DNA of 14,977 nt, from NCBI GenBank assembly GCA_034669905.1, contig JAXMOL010000086.1:1-14977 (forward strand), in the 5' to 3' direction. The notes under the pieces were generated by a model that ran no database searches, was not told the origin of the DNA, and saw nothing but the letters and a program-made list of their open reading frames with translations. Within the stretch, counting starts at the first letter, position 1, and each line of letters starts with the position of its first letter. Source of the stretch: Candidatus Hydrogenedentota bacterium. Lineage in GTDB: Bacteria > Hydrogenedentota > Hydrogenedentia > Hydrogenedentales > JAEUWI01. The translations under genes were made by a program, and so were the position numbers. Positions 6,911 to 14,977 of the stretch are shown piece by piece.

Positions 6911-8263
6911 ATGTTTATTTTCTTATTGAGTGTGGGCCTGGCCCTGGGCATGTCGGCCATCTGTTCGCTGCTGGAAGCTACCCTGCTGAGTTATACGCCC
7001 AGCCAGGTCGCTACCCTCGAGAGCACCCGGCCCCGCCTGGGCCGGATATGGCGTTCCTTCAAGGACAACGTTGAAAAGCCCATCGCGGTGATTCTCGTGG
7101 TCAATACCACGGCCCACACCGTGGGGGCCACCATGGCCGGTGCCCAGTTTGAGAAAGCCTTCGGGGCCAACGGACTCCTCATTTTCTCCGTGGTCTTCAC
7201 CTACCTCATGCTCCAGTTTACCGAAATCCTCCCCAAGACCCTCGGCGTGCGCTACAGCGGGGTTATCGCGCCCTTCATTGCGCCCATTCTCGCCGCTCTG
7301 ATTCGCATTCTTTCCCCCGTGCTCTGGCTGGTGCAGTTCGTAAATCGCCCCTTCTCCCGTGGCGATGAACCGGGCGAAGACACCACCCTGCAAGAAATTG
7401 CCGCACTCGCCTCGACCGCGACCATGATGGACCCTCAGCAATCCCGGATGATCCAGGCGGCCTCCGAATTGGAAAATCTCTGCGTCCGGCAAATCATGAC
7501 GCCCCGCACGGAGGTGGTGCACCTGTTGACATCCCAGAGCACCGAAGAGATTCTCGCCCTGCTCAAGGGGGCGGCCCACACCCGATTGCCCCTGTGTGAG
7601 GGCAGCATCGACTCGGTGGTCGGCATGGTGCATACGAAGGATTTCATCAAGTCGCTGGACCTGACGCCGGGGCGCTTCAAGATTGGAGCGAACGATGCCT
7701 CGGAGGGTGGTGTTGTGGTGCAGGAGAGCGGGCCAGGAAGCGAGCTTCATGTCTTTGGAGCGGGCATTGTCGATCTGAACGCCATGAAGCGGGACGTCCT
7801 CTTTCTGCCGGAGCACACCAGCCTGCTTCAGGCCCTTCGCCGTTTTCAGGCGGAGCGATTACACCTTGGCATCGTGGTAGACGAGTATGGCGCGACGGCG
7901 GGGATCGTGACGCTGGAAGACGTCCTGGAAGAGATGGTGGGCGATATCGATGATGAGTTCGATCCGTCTTCCAGTGACCAGATCAAGGAGACGTCGAATG
8001 GCTTTCGCATCAGTGGCCGCTGCCCCCTGCATGAACTGGTGCAACGGTTTCCCGAATTGGGTATCGATCACAGTGCGGAGGCGTCCGATACCGTCGGGGG
8101 GTATGTTTCTCAGCTCATAGGGCACCTTCCCCACACGGGAGAGGTGGTGGAAACGCCTGAATTCCGCTGGAAGATTTTGTCCGCAGATAAACGGCGCGTA
8201 AGAGAGGTGTTGTTGACCCCTATCGTCCCACCAGAAGCCCTGTCGGAAGATGTAGAGGGATAA
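6911..8263 (+). CDS. Hemolysin-family CNNM(DUF21)-CBS-CorC_HlyC protein, probably Mg2+/Co2+ homeostasis
   Basis: Hydrophobic N-terminus with SAICSLLEATLLS, ILVVNT and FTEILPK. CBS pair: IMTPRTEV, HTRLP, IVVDEYGATAGIVTLEDVLEEMVGDIDDEFD. C-terminal CorC domain: DTVGGYV. Start ATG 6911 preferred over GTG 6884. Confidence 0.93.
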   Translation: MFIFLLSVGLALGMSAICSLLEATLLSYTPSQVATLESTRPRLGRIWRSFKDNVEKPIAVILVVNTTAHTVGATMAGAQFEKAFGANGLLIFSVVFTYLMLQFTEILPKTLGVRYSGVIAPFIAPILAALIRILSPVLWLVQFVNRPFSRGDEPGEDTTLQEIAALASTATMMDPQQSRMIQAASELENLCVRQIMTPRTEVVHLLTSQSTEEILALLKGAAHTRLPLCEGSIDSVVGMVHTKDFIKSLDLTPGRFKIGANDASEGGVVVQESGPGSELHVFGAGIVDLNAMKRDVLFLPEHTSLLQALRRFQAERLHLGIVVDEYGATAGIVTLEDVLEEMVGDIDDEFDPSSSDQIKETSNGFRISGRCPLHELVQRFPELGIDHSAEASDTVGGYVSQLIGHLPHTGEVVETPEFRWKILSADKRRVREVLLTPIVPPEALSEDVEG

Positions 8264-8311
8264 TGGAAGTCGATGTGGCCCATTCGCGCGGGACAGATAC
8301 CGGTGCCGTGC

Positions 8312-8728
8312 TCAGTCACCCGTCACGGTGACAACAATAGTCCGATCGCGGGGCTTGATATCACACTCCAAATGAAAAATTTGTTGCCAGGTTCCCAGTA
8401 CCAGGTCACCGCCGCGGACCGGTACGGTAAGATCCGGCCCCAATGTCGTGGCTTGCAGATGGGAGTGGCCATTCCCATCGTGCCAGGCTTCTTCATGGCC
8501 ATAGTGCCGACTCGGGGGAAAGAGCCGTCTGAACTCGGTGGGTAAGTCATGTGCCAGGCCGGGCTCGAACTCGATGCATCCGATACTCGCCGTACTGCCT
8601 ACATTGAACACGTGGACGATGCCGGTCTGGATGCCCGATCGTCGGACGATGGCCGCGACGGCCTCCGTGAGGTCGTTCATTTCACCTTCCACGGCCGTCG
8701 ATAAAGACACCGTATCCTGATAGGTCAT
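8312..8728 (-). CDS. yjbQ: YjbQ/UPF0047 family protein (annotated secondary thiamine-phosphate synthase), 138 aa
   Basis: Motifs GSTASI..IEFEPGL, YGHE..WHDGNGHSHL and LGTWQQIF..ECD. ATG 8728 follows an AAGGAG RBS. Confidence 0.92.
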   Translation of the reverse strand: MTYQDTVSLSTAVEGEMNDLTEAVAAIVRRSGIQTGIVHVFNVGSTASIGCIEFEPGLAHDLPTEFRRLFPPSRHYGHEEAWHDGNGHSHLQATTLGPDLTVPVRGGDLVLGTWQQIFHLECDIKPRDRTIVVTVTGD

Positions 8729-8829
8729 GGCGTTCTCCTTGGGGTGTTGCATCCATCATAGGAAAATTTTCGAGGCAATGCTACAATGAAGGAGAGGTAA
8801 TCTTAGCCAATGCCCAGTGGAGGCACTTC

Positions 8830-9948
8830 ATGACCAACGCGATGCTCGGCCTGAAAGAATTGCTCGAAGACCATACGGCAGCGGGTGCCGACGCGCTTGT
8901 TCGAACGGAGAAGCACGGTGCACTTCGTTGTCTTGCCTGTGGGCACCGTTGCCTCATTCGCGAAGGCCGTGCCGGGGTCTGCAAAGTGCGCTTCAATCGT
9001 GAGGGCGTGCTCCGTGTGCCGTCGGGCTATGTCGCGGGGCTCCAATGTGATCCCATAGAAAAGAAACCCTTCTACCACGCCTTTCCAGGACGAGACGCCT
9101 TGTCGTTCGGAATGCTGGGCTGTGATCTTCATTGCGCCTACTGCCAGAATTGGGTCACCAGCCAGGCATTGCGCGACGAGGTCGCTGTCTCCATGCCACG
9201 GTTTGTGACGCCGCGGGATCTGGTGATGAAGGCGGTAGAATTGGAAGCGCCGGTAGTGGTCAGTACCTACAACGAACCCCTGATTACGGCGGACTGGGCC
9301 GCCGAGGTGTTTGAGGAAGCCTTGAAGGCCGAACTGGTCTGTGGTTTCGTGAGCAATGGTAACGCGACTCCCGAAGTATTGGACTTTCTCAAACCCTTTG
9401 TATCCCTCTACAAAGTGGATTTGAAGGGCTTTCGAGACCGTTCCTACCGGGAATTGGGCTGTAAGTTGAGTTCGGTGTTAGACACCATCGGGCGACTGCA
9501 CACCCTGGGGTTTTGGGTGGAGATCGTCACACTCGTCATTCCAGATTTCAACGACTCGGATGAGGAACTGCGGGATATCGCACGATTTCTGGCCGATATT
9601 TCCCCGGATATCCCCTGGCACGTCACGGCATTCCACCCCGATTACAAGATGAATGATACCGAGCATACGTCGGCGGAACGCTTAACCCGGGCCTGGCAGT
9701 TGGGAAAAGAGGCGGGGCTGCACTTTGTCTATCCGGGAAATCTGCCGGGTAGGGTGGGAGAGCGAGAACATACCCTTTGCGCACACTGTGGCATGACCCT
9801 CATTCGGAGGCATGGCTTCTATGTGGTGGAAAACCGCATGCACGGGGGAAACTGTCCGAAATGCAATAAGCCCGTCCCGGGTGTTTGGGAGCAGACCCCG
9901 CCCCGGGAAAGTTTGGGCTCGGGAATACCCAAGCCGATCTATCTCTGA
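8830..9948 (+). CDS. amrS: AmmeMemoRadiSam system radical SAM enzyme, 372 aa
   Basis: N-terminal CLACGHRC...GVCKVR and DPIEKKPFYH; radical SAM motif CDLHCAYCQNW; TYNEP, VDLK, PWHVTAFHPDY; C-terminal CxxC...CxxC. GGAGG RBS present. Confidence 0.92.
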   Translation: MTNAMLGLKELLEDHTAAGADALVRTEKHGALRCLACGHRCLIREGRAGVCKVRFNREGVLRVPSGYVAGLQCDPIEKKPFYHAFPGRDALSFGMLGCDLHCAYCQNWVTSQALRDEVAVSMPRFVTPRDLVMKAVELEAPVVVSTYNEPLITADWAAEVFEEALKAELVCGFVSNGNATPEVLDFLKPFVSLYKVDLKGFRDRSYRELGCKLSSVLDTIGRLHTLGFWVEIVTLVIPDFNDSDEELRDIARFLADISPDIPWHVTAFHPDYKMNDTEHTSAERLTRAWQLGKEAGLHFVYPGNLPGRVGEREHTLCAHCGMTLIRRHGFYVVENRMHGGNCPKCNKPVPGVWEQTPPRESLGSGIPKPIYL

Positions 9949-9967
9949 AGCGTCCGAATTGCTGCCC

Positions 9968-10435
9968 TTAGGCGAGCACGATGCCGGGGGCGACTTCCGG
10001 GTTGCATGATGGGCACAATCCCCGGAAAATTACCTGCGCTTCATCCACCGAAAAGCCGGGACCCGGAAGCATGGGGTTCAGACAGGGCTTCACTTCCTTG
10101 GCGCAAGGCACATCGATGATGGCTCCGCACTTTCGGCAGACAAAGTGGTGATGCCACGTGTCGCTGGCTTCATAAAACGCCCGGCCGGGGCCCGCATCGC
10201 TGAGCATGATCAGGCCCGCATTGGTAAGATCGTGGAGCACGTTGAACACCGAAGCGCGCGACATGGCGTTTTCATCGCCACTCATTCGCTGGGCGAGATC
10301 ATCCGCACTGTGATGACCGCCCAACGACTTGAGCAGATTGAAGACCCGCACGCGGGGGCCGGTAACCCGAAGGCCGGCCCCGCGCAGACGGGATTCGATG
10401 GACTCTTCTAACTGTTTTCCGCTTGCAACATCCAC
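9968..10435 (-). CDS. Fur-family transcriptional regulator of the FurA/PerR-like type, 155 aa
   Basis: Motifs GLRVTGPR, HHSADDL, SRASVFNVL, HHHFVCRKCG, DVPC...PCL and VIFRGLCPSC. The GTG start follows GGAG and overlaps the dps 3' end by 28 bp. Confidence 0.93.
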   Translation of the reverse strand: MDVASGKQLEESIESRLRGAGLRVTGPRVRVFNLLKSLGGHHSADDLAQRMSGDENAMSRASVFNVLHDLTNAGLIMLSDAGPGRAFYEASDTWHHHFVCRKCGAIIDVPCAKEVKPCLNPMLPGPGFSVDEAQVIFRGLCPSCNPEVAPGIVLA

Positions 10436-10878
10436 AAGGTCTTCTCCAGCCCCGCCGTCGCGGCGATAAGCAAATCTGCACTGACCGCATCCAGTTCGTC
10501 CAGCACCGCAATACGCGCGCGAATCCGGGTGACGACCGCCGCGATGCGCTCATTCAGGGCGCCCACCAACTCGCGCTTTTGAACGAAGGTGGTCGGTAAG
10601 GGGGCTACCTGCGAATGCTTCGCTACATAGTCTACCTGACCCCGGGGCAAAACACCTACTGCCAACATCCGCTCCGCCGTCGTGTCGGTCAGTTCGTCCA
10701 GCTCGGCAGCAAGTTCATCCATGTAGACGTGAAATGAACGGAACTCGGGGCCCACGACAGCCCAATGGGCCTGCTGAACAACCGAGGCCAGGCTCAGGTA
10801 ATCGACGACGGTTTCCTGCAAGGGAGCCGCCACCGCGATCGCGGTTTCTTGGGGCAATGTTTGAGAATGAATCGGCAT
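10408..10878 (-). CDS. dps: Dps family DNA protection / mini-ferritin protein, 156 aa
   Basis: Ferroxidase signature HWAVVGPEFRSFH...D..AER and C-terminal D..SADLL...LEK.LWML. Strong AAGGAGG RBS. Confidence 0.95.
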   Translation of the reverse strand: MPIHSQTLPQETAIAVAAPLQETVVDYLSLASVVQQAHWAVVGPEFRSFHVYMDELAAELDELTDTTAERMLAVGVLPRGQVDYVAKHSQVAPLPTTFVQKRELVGALNERIAAVVTRIRARIAVLDELDAVSADLLIAATAGLEKTLWMLQAENS

Positions 10879-10898
10879 AGGTCAAATCCTCCTTTTGT

Positions 10899-10940
10899 TT
10901 GGACTGAATATAATATACCATTCATTTTGTATATTGTCAA
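10899..10940 (-). promoter_or_regulatory. Near-consensus sigma70 promoter of dps-fur with an overlapping Per/Fur-box-like site
   Basis: The minus strand reads TTGACA (10940-10935)-N17-TATATT (10917-10912) with an extended TG. The 7-1-7 site TTATATT-C-AGTCCAA (10913-10899) matches the B. subtilis Per box TTATAATnATTATAA at 10 of 14 positions. Confidence 0.7.
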
Positions 10941-11275
10941 AATAAAAGCTCGGGAGACACCAGGACCGTATGTCCCTGAACGGGACGATAGAGTTCGGGG
11001 GATTTCGGGTATTTATGTGTTCTGCCTAACCGTTGGGGATAGAAAGTTGCTTATGGGGCTTGACATAATCGGAAGTCTGGAAGAAGATAGTAGTGTAGGT
11101 TAATGTGGGAGGTGGGGGCGTTCACGGCAGGAGCTGCTGCCAGAAAGGAGGAGCGATCGAGAGTCTGAACACGCGAGCGCCATCGAAGGCGTAAGCGAAA
11201 TACCCCCATAACTAGATTCATATCCGTTATTATTCGTTTTATCCCTTGTTTAACGACTCCTAAGGAGCATTCACA

Positions 11276-12289
11276 ATGAAGAGAAAAGGATTTACGCTGA
11301 TTGAATTGTTGGTTGTAATTGCCATCATTGGCATTCTGGCGGCCATCCTGTTACCGGCCCTCGCCCGGGCACGGGAAGCCGCCCGCCGTGCATCCTGTCA
11401 AAATAATCTCAAGCAAATGGGGATTGTGATGAAGATGTACTCCAACGAGAGTGAAGGCGAACGCTATCCCTATGTCATGCAAGTTTCCGAACGGCCCGGG
11501 GTCGATTGCGATCCAGTGCCGGGTGTTCCCAACGATCAATTGCCTGCGGGCGGTACTGCCGCAACGGCCTGGTCCTTCCATACTCCCGCGGTGTTCCCGG
11601 AATATCTGACGGATGCCAACGTGCTCTCCTGCCCATCCGATCCCGAACCGCCCCTGCTCTACAACCCGGCATCCAATGAGCCTTGGCTGCACATCCCCTG
11701 TGATGAATTCGGTCTGGATAACTACGGCGATGTCGCCGGTGGTATGGCGGCGACGGACGAGAGTTATTTCTATCTGGGCTGGATGGTAGACGGTATCGAC
11801 AACGAGGACATCGACCTGACCCCCTTCGGTGGTGCCGGATACTTTGCCCCGGCCCAGGTGCTCGGTATGATGGCCGTTGCGGGCAATCTCTCCGCATTGG
11901 GTATAACGACCGTAGCAGGCCAGGAGGCCGTACTGAATGATGATCTGGATTATACGGATTACGCCGCAGCGATAAATGGCACATTTGGCCTGTCTTATGA
12001 TTGGTCTACGGCCGGCAACTCGGGCGGTTCAACCGTTTTCCGCCTTCGCGAAGGTATCGAACGGTTCACCATTACCGACATCAACAATCCCGCCGCCACG
12101 GCGATGGCCCAAAGTGTGCTGCCCATCATGTCGGACATCATCGCGGGTCAAGACAATGTGAATTATTTCAGTCACATTCCCGGTGGTGTAAATGTCCTCT
12201 ATATGGACGGGCACGTCGAGTTCATAAAGTATCCCGGCAAAGATTTTGCCGCGGCCGGCTTTGCTACCCTGGTGGGGCTCCTCGGCTAA
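11276..12289 (+). CDS. Prepilin-type N-terminal cleavage/methylation, DUF1559 and H-X9-DG domain protein, 337 aa
   Basis: Motifs [62 protein letters not shown] and [26 protein letters not shown] present. Confidence 0.95.
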   Translation: MKRKGFTLIELLVVIAIIGILAAILLPALARAREAARRASCQNNLKQMGIVMKMYSNESEGERYPYVMQVSERPGVDCDPVPGVPNDQLPAGGTAATAWSFHTPAVFPEYLTDANVLSCPSDPEPPLLYNPASNEPWLHIPCDEFGLDNYGDVAGGMAATDESYFYLGWMVDGIDNEDIDLTPFGGAGYFAPAQVLGMMAVAGNLSALGITTVAGQEAVLNDDLDYTDYAAAINGTFGLSYDWSTAGNSGGSTVFRLREGIERFTITDINNPAATAMAQSVLPIMSDIIAGQDNVNYFSHIPGGVNVLYMDGHVEFIKYPGKDFAAAGFATLVGLLG

Positions 12290-12315
12290 GACCGGATTGA
12301 TTAGCGACACCTGGT

Positions 12316-12355
12316 TGGGCGACGGATAATGCAATATCCGTCGCCCATTTCTATT
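12316..12355 (+). terminator. Intrinsic terminator, possibly bidirectional, between convergent genes
   Basis: Perfect 13-bp stem TGGGCGACGGATA / TATCCGTCGCCCA with a 6-nt loop, followed by TTTCTATT. Confidence 0.8.
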
Positions 12356-12389
12356 GGCCGGCGTGGGGCACGGGGAAGCCCGTGTTGCC

Positions 12390-13346
12390 CTAATCTTCCT
12401 GAAGGTGTATGGGGCTGCTGCCCCGTCGGCTGTGCAGGGCTTTTTCGCGCTCGGTCAGCATACGGTCCGCAATCTTCTTCACGTGCCGCCGCAGCCACAT
12501 GGCGGTCTGGCTGTGGGTCGTATAATCCGCCGGACCGTTGGCGTCCACGCGATCGGCCTGCAGCAATTCGTCGACCTGGGCAAACTGGGACTCAGAACCC
12601 TGCTGATAGACGGCGTAGGCCAATCCGCCATGTTTACGGACTACCGAAAAGCTGGGGATGTCACTGGGGCCGTCTGCCACGTAGATCATATTCTTCATCG
12701 GCACGCGGCGATCTTCTTCGAGAATCAGGTCATTGACAGAAACGTTTTTCAGCTTCTGGACGCCCTTGTTGATTTCGAAGATGGCCCGGGTCTTGGTCGT
12801 ATTGTCAAGAAAACCGGCGATCTGGGCGATAGGACCCGATTCCGGAGTACCACTTAAGTCGGCGCCGGGTCGGGCCGGTGACTCGATGAACTCCGAGGCC
12901 CAGATGCCGCTCAGGTGCTCGGCGATTTTCGAACCCCGTATCATCTCGGTCAAACCGGTGCTCACCACGTAGTGTTCGAGACGCAGGTCACCTTCCCGAT
13001 ATTCGGGCGCCTCGAGTACCGTCTGCAGTTCGGTGAAAAGCTCCGGGATGCCTGGGAAGAACTCAATCTCCGCGCCCAACTCCCGCAACCGGGCGTTGCA
13101 CAAATCCGGCATGATGCCTTCTTTGACGTAGGTGAGTAAATGACACAGATAACTGGTGTCCGGTTGGATGGAGATGCCCGCCCGCTTGTAATAATCGGGC
13201 AGGGCGTTCACCTCATTCCAGAATTGCTTCTCATCCACATCATAGGCGCGAAACAGCGGAGCCTGCATATACTTGGGCGACAGGGTCTTGTCGAAATCCC
13301 ATATGATGGCGATGATGTTCTGGAGAAATAGTCCCTTGTCACTCAT
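12390..13346 (-). CDS. HAD-superfamily hydrolase, putative phosphatase, 318 aa
   Basis: Motif I WDFDKT, motif II VVSTG, a Lys in NTTKT, and motif IV YVADGPSD. Confidence 0.88.
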   Translation of the reverse strand: MSDKGLFLQNIIAIIWDFDKTLSPKYMQAPLFRAYDVDEKQFWNEVNALPDYYKRAGISIQPDTSYLCHLLTYVKEGIMPDLCNARLRELGAEIEFFPGIPELFTELQTVLEAPEYREGDLRLEHYVVSTGLTEMIRGSKIAEHLSGIWASEFIESPARPGADLSGTPESGPIAQIAGFLDNTTKTRAIFEINKGVQKLKNVSVNDLILEEDRRVPMKNMIYVADGPSDIPSFSVVRKHGGLAYAVYQQGSESQFAQVDELLQADRVDANGPADYTTHSQTAMWLRRHVKKIADRMLTEREKALHSRRGSSPIHLQED

Positions 13347-13367
13347 GCTACGATTCCCGTCTGCTGA

Positions 13368-14729
13368 CTACACCGTTGTGGGGTCCAGGGCGGTCAGGAT
13401 CTCTAGGACACGCTGGGGCGTGAGTTCGTCATCCACCATGCCAGTGGCGACCACATCGGGATAAAGCACGTCTTCGCCGACCTTGGCAAAGTAGTCGTTC
13501 TTCGCAGCGACGGTGGGGAAATGGTGTTTGGCCCAGTTGCTGAGGTAGCCCAGCCCGGCTGCACTCTGGAGCACGGTGTGGCCATGAAGAATGAAGGCGC
13601 CCCGCTGGAAGGTCTCAAAGAGGGGGGCCATTTCGGGCGTGTCGAAGTCATCGACGAAGCGCTGGCCGAAGGCGTTGAGTTCCGTTCCTACCATGACGGG
13701 CAAATCGCGTTTGTTCGCCACGTCTACGACCTTGTGGAGTTCCTCTACTTTACGGGCCTTCACCTCGGCGTCGGCAATATTCCAGTTGCGGTCGGGGATG
13801 ATATTGAGCGCGGCAACACCCTTGCCCATCGCCAGGTCCAGGAGTTCCTCGATGGCCTCTTCGCCCTCCGAGGTGCCGTCCAGCCACGTGTGCATGGGAA
13901 ATCCGCCGGCCTGAATAGCAAACTGATTGACCTGCTCCATGGCGGGGAAGTCCTTGCCGTCGGGTTGCACATAACCCACGCCACCCGACTTCATCGTCTT
14001 GGAACGAATGAGTCCCTGAAGGGCCGGGCCGTCGTCGAGGATGGCGGCAACTTTCTCTACGGGCGTACTCAGCTTGTCGGCCCAGAACGCCGCCCGTTCT
14101 CCCGCATCGGGGAACTGGCTTTCTGCCTTGGCGACATAGGAAACACAGACGTGGCGTTCGGTGGCGTTGCCGTTGGGCGTGAGGGGCATGACGTCGGCTT
14201 CAAAATCCAGAACGACGGGGTCCAGAAAACCATTGACCCGCTCCACGAGGCCCCGTGTGCGGCCCTGAGAGATGGCTTTCAATTCGGTGACCAGCGAGGT
14301 GTCTTTTACTTGGGTCGTCGTGAGGCCGGAAGCCATGTGGTAGCAAATGCCGGGCTCTCCGGGGGAGTTTATGACCCGGTCGCCAAATTCAGGGATATAG
14401 ATGCGTGTTTCCATGCCCGCGCCCGCGCGAATGCCGAGGATTTTGCAGGCGCCCAGAAACTCATCAATGCCGTCGACGACATCGAAATCCACGATGCTCA
14501 GGGCGGAAAGGCCCTGGCAACGGGCAAGCCAAGCCAGCGAGGTCGGGGAATAACCATAGCCGTTGAAGGAGAAAAAGGAGTGGCAGTGGAGGTTGAAGGC
14601 TTTCGTCGGCTCGGGGAGTTCAATGGCACCCTCCGCGACCAGGTCCAGGAGTTCATCCAGGGCGGCTTCCCGTTTTTCGGCGTCAAAGTCGTTGAGCTGG
14701 GCTTCCAGGGCAAGGCGTTGGTCGGACAT
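13368..14729 (-). CDS. PHP-domain (PHP-like) protein, 453 aa
   Basis: NLHCHSFFS motif, IVDFD and GMETR on a TIM-barrel-like pattern, but with a non-canonical last motif (GTELN). It lies 21 bp upstream of the HAD gene. Confidence 0.8.
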   Translation of the reverse strand: MSDQRLALEAQLNDFDAEKREAALDELLDLVAEGAIELPEPTKAFNLHCHSFFSFNGYGYSPTSLAWLARCQGLSALSIVDFDVVDGIDEFLGACKILGIRAGAGMETRIYIPEFGDRVINSPGEPGICYHMASGLTTTQVKDTSLVTELKAISQGRTRGLVERVNGFLDPVVLDFEADVMPLTPNGNATERHVCVSYVAKAESQFPDAGERAAFWADKLSTPVEKVAAILDDGPALQGLIRSKTMKSGGVGYVQPDGKDFPAMEQVNQFAIQAGGFPMHTWLDGTSEGEEAIEELLDLAMGKGVAALNIIPDRNWNIADAEVKARKVEELHKVVDVANKRDLPVMVGTELNAFGQRFVDDFDTPEMAPLFETFQRGAFILHGHTVLQSAAGLGYLSNWAKHHFPTVAAKNDYFAKVGEDVLYPDVVATGMVDDELTPQRVLEILTALDPTTV

Positions 14730-14838
14730 GGTGTGGGGGAGATCCTATGGTTGTAGACCGGCAGGGCCGGTGGAATAGCAATAGTGGTCGGGGAGTTCAG
14801 GGGCTATTGTACCTCGTGGGGCGGAGGCGTTGCATCTG

Positions 14839-14977
14839 GTGGACGTGGTGGACATGGTGGACGAGGTGGACGAGGTGGACGAGGTGGACGAGGTGGACGA
14901 GGTGGACGAGGTGGACGAGGTGGACGAGGTGGACGAGGTGGACGAGGTGGACGAGGTGGACGAGGTGGACGAGGTGG
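14839..14977. repeat. 9-bp tandem repeat (GTGGACGAG)n, truncated by the window end
   Basis: GTGGACGTG and GTGGACATG, then 13 perfect GTGGACGAG copies from 14857, plus a partial copy. Confidence 0.97.

Noticed and set aside
6923..7816. 297-aa minus-strand ORF
   Set aside because: It is an antisense shadow of the CNNM/CBS gene.
11060..11095. sigma70 promoter for the DUF1559 gene
   Set aside because: TTGACA is perfect, but there is no credible -10 at 16-18 bp, so I did not call it as a feature.
10765..11103. 112-aa plus-strand ORF across the dps promoter
   Set aside because: It overlaps dps antisense and its promoter, and has no motif or convincing RBS.
12390..14729. Anti-phage defence system (Ppl-like PHP or HAD-containing)
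   Set aside because: There is no fused or adjacent NTPase, nuclease or other defence gene, and the context looks metabolic.
13521..14756. 411-aa plus-strand ORF
   Set aside because: It is an antisense shadow of the PHP-like gene.

Overview
A GC-rich bacterial chromosomal segment. The C-terminal motif of its DUF1559/prepilin-like protein suggests Candidatus Hydrogenedentes or a PVC-like lineage (from recall, not a search). In order, it holds: a composite palindromic repeat cluster (1-321), a PHP-domain/GT4 glycosyltransferase fusion (-), an inverted pair of GTGGACnnn arrays, ychF (-), a large hypothetical protein with a FapA/DUF342-like beta-solenoid and long helical insert (+), tRNA-Arg(CCT) (-), a CNNM/CBS/CorC protein (+), yjbQ (-), an AmmeMemoRadiSam radical SAM gene (+), a dps-fur operon (-), a DUF1559 prepilin-like gene (+), a PHP-HAD gene pair (-), and a (GTGGACGAG)n array running off the window end. 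I saw no transposase, integrase, CRISPR array or defence system. The best lead is the PHP-GT4 fusion. Its GT4 half has Agt/MgtA-like motifs and it is preceded by a Pho-box-like triple repeat, which suggests a one-protein phospholipid-to-glycolipid remodelling enzyme. The second lead is the repeat unit at 1-321, which has a constant scaffold and two short variable windows. Both interpretations are inference.
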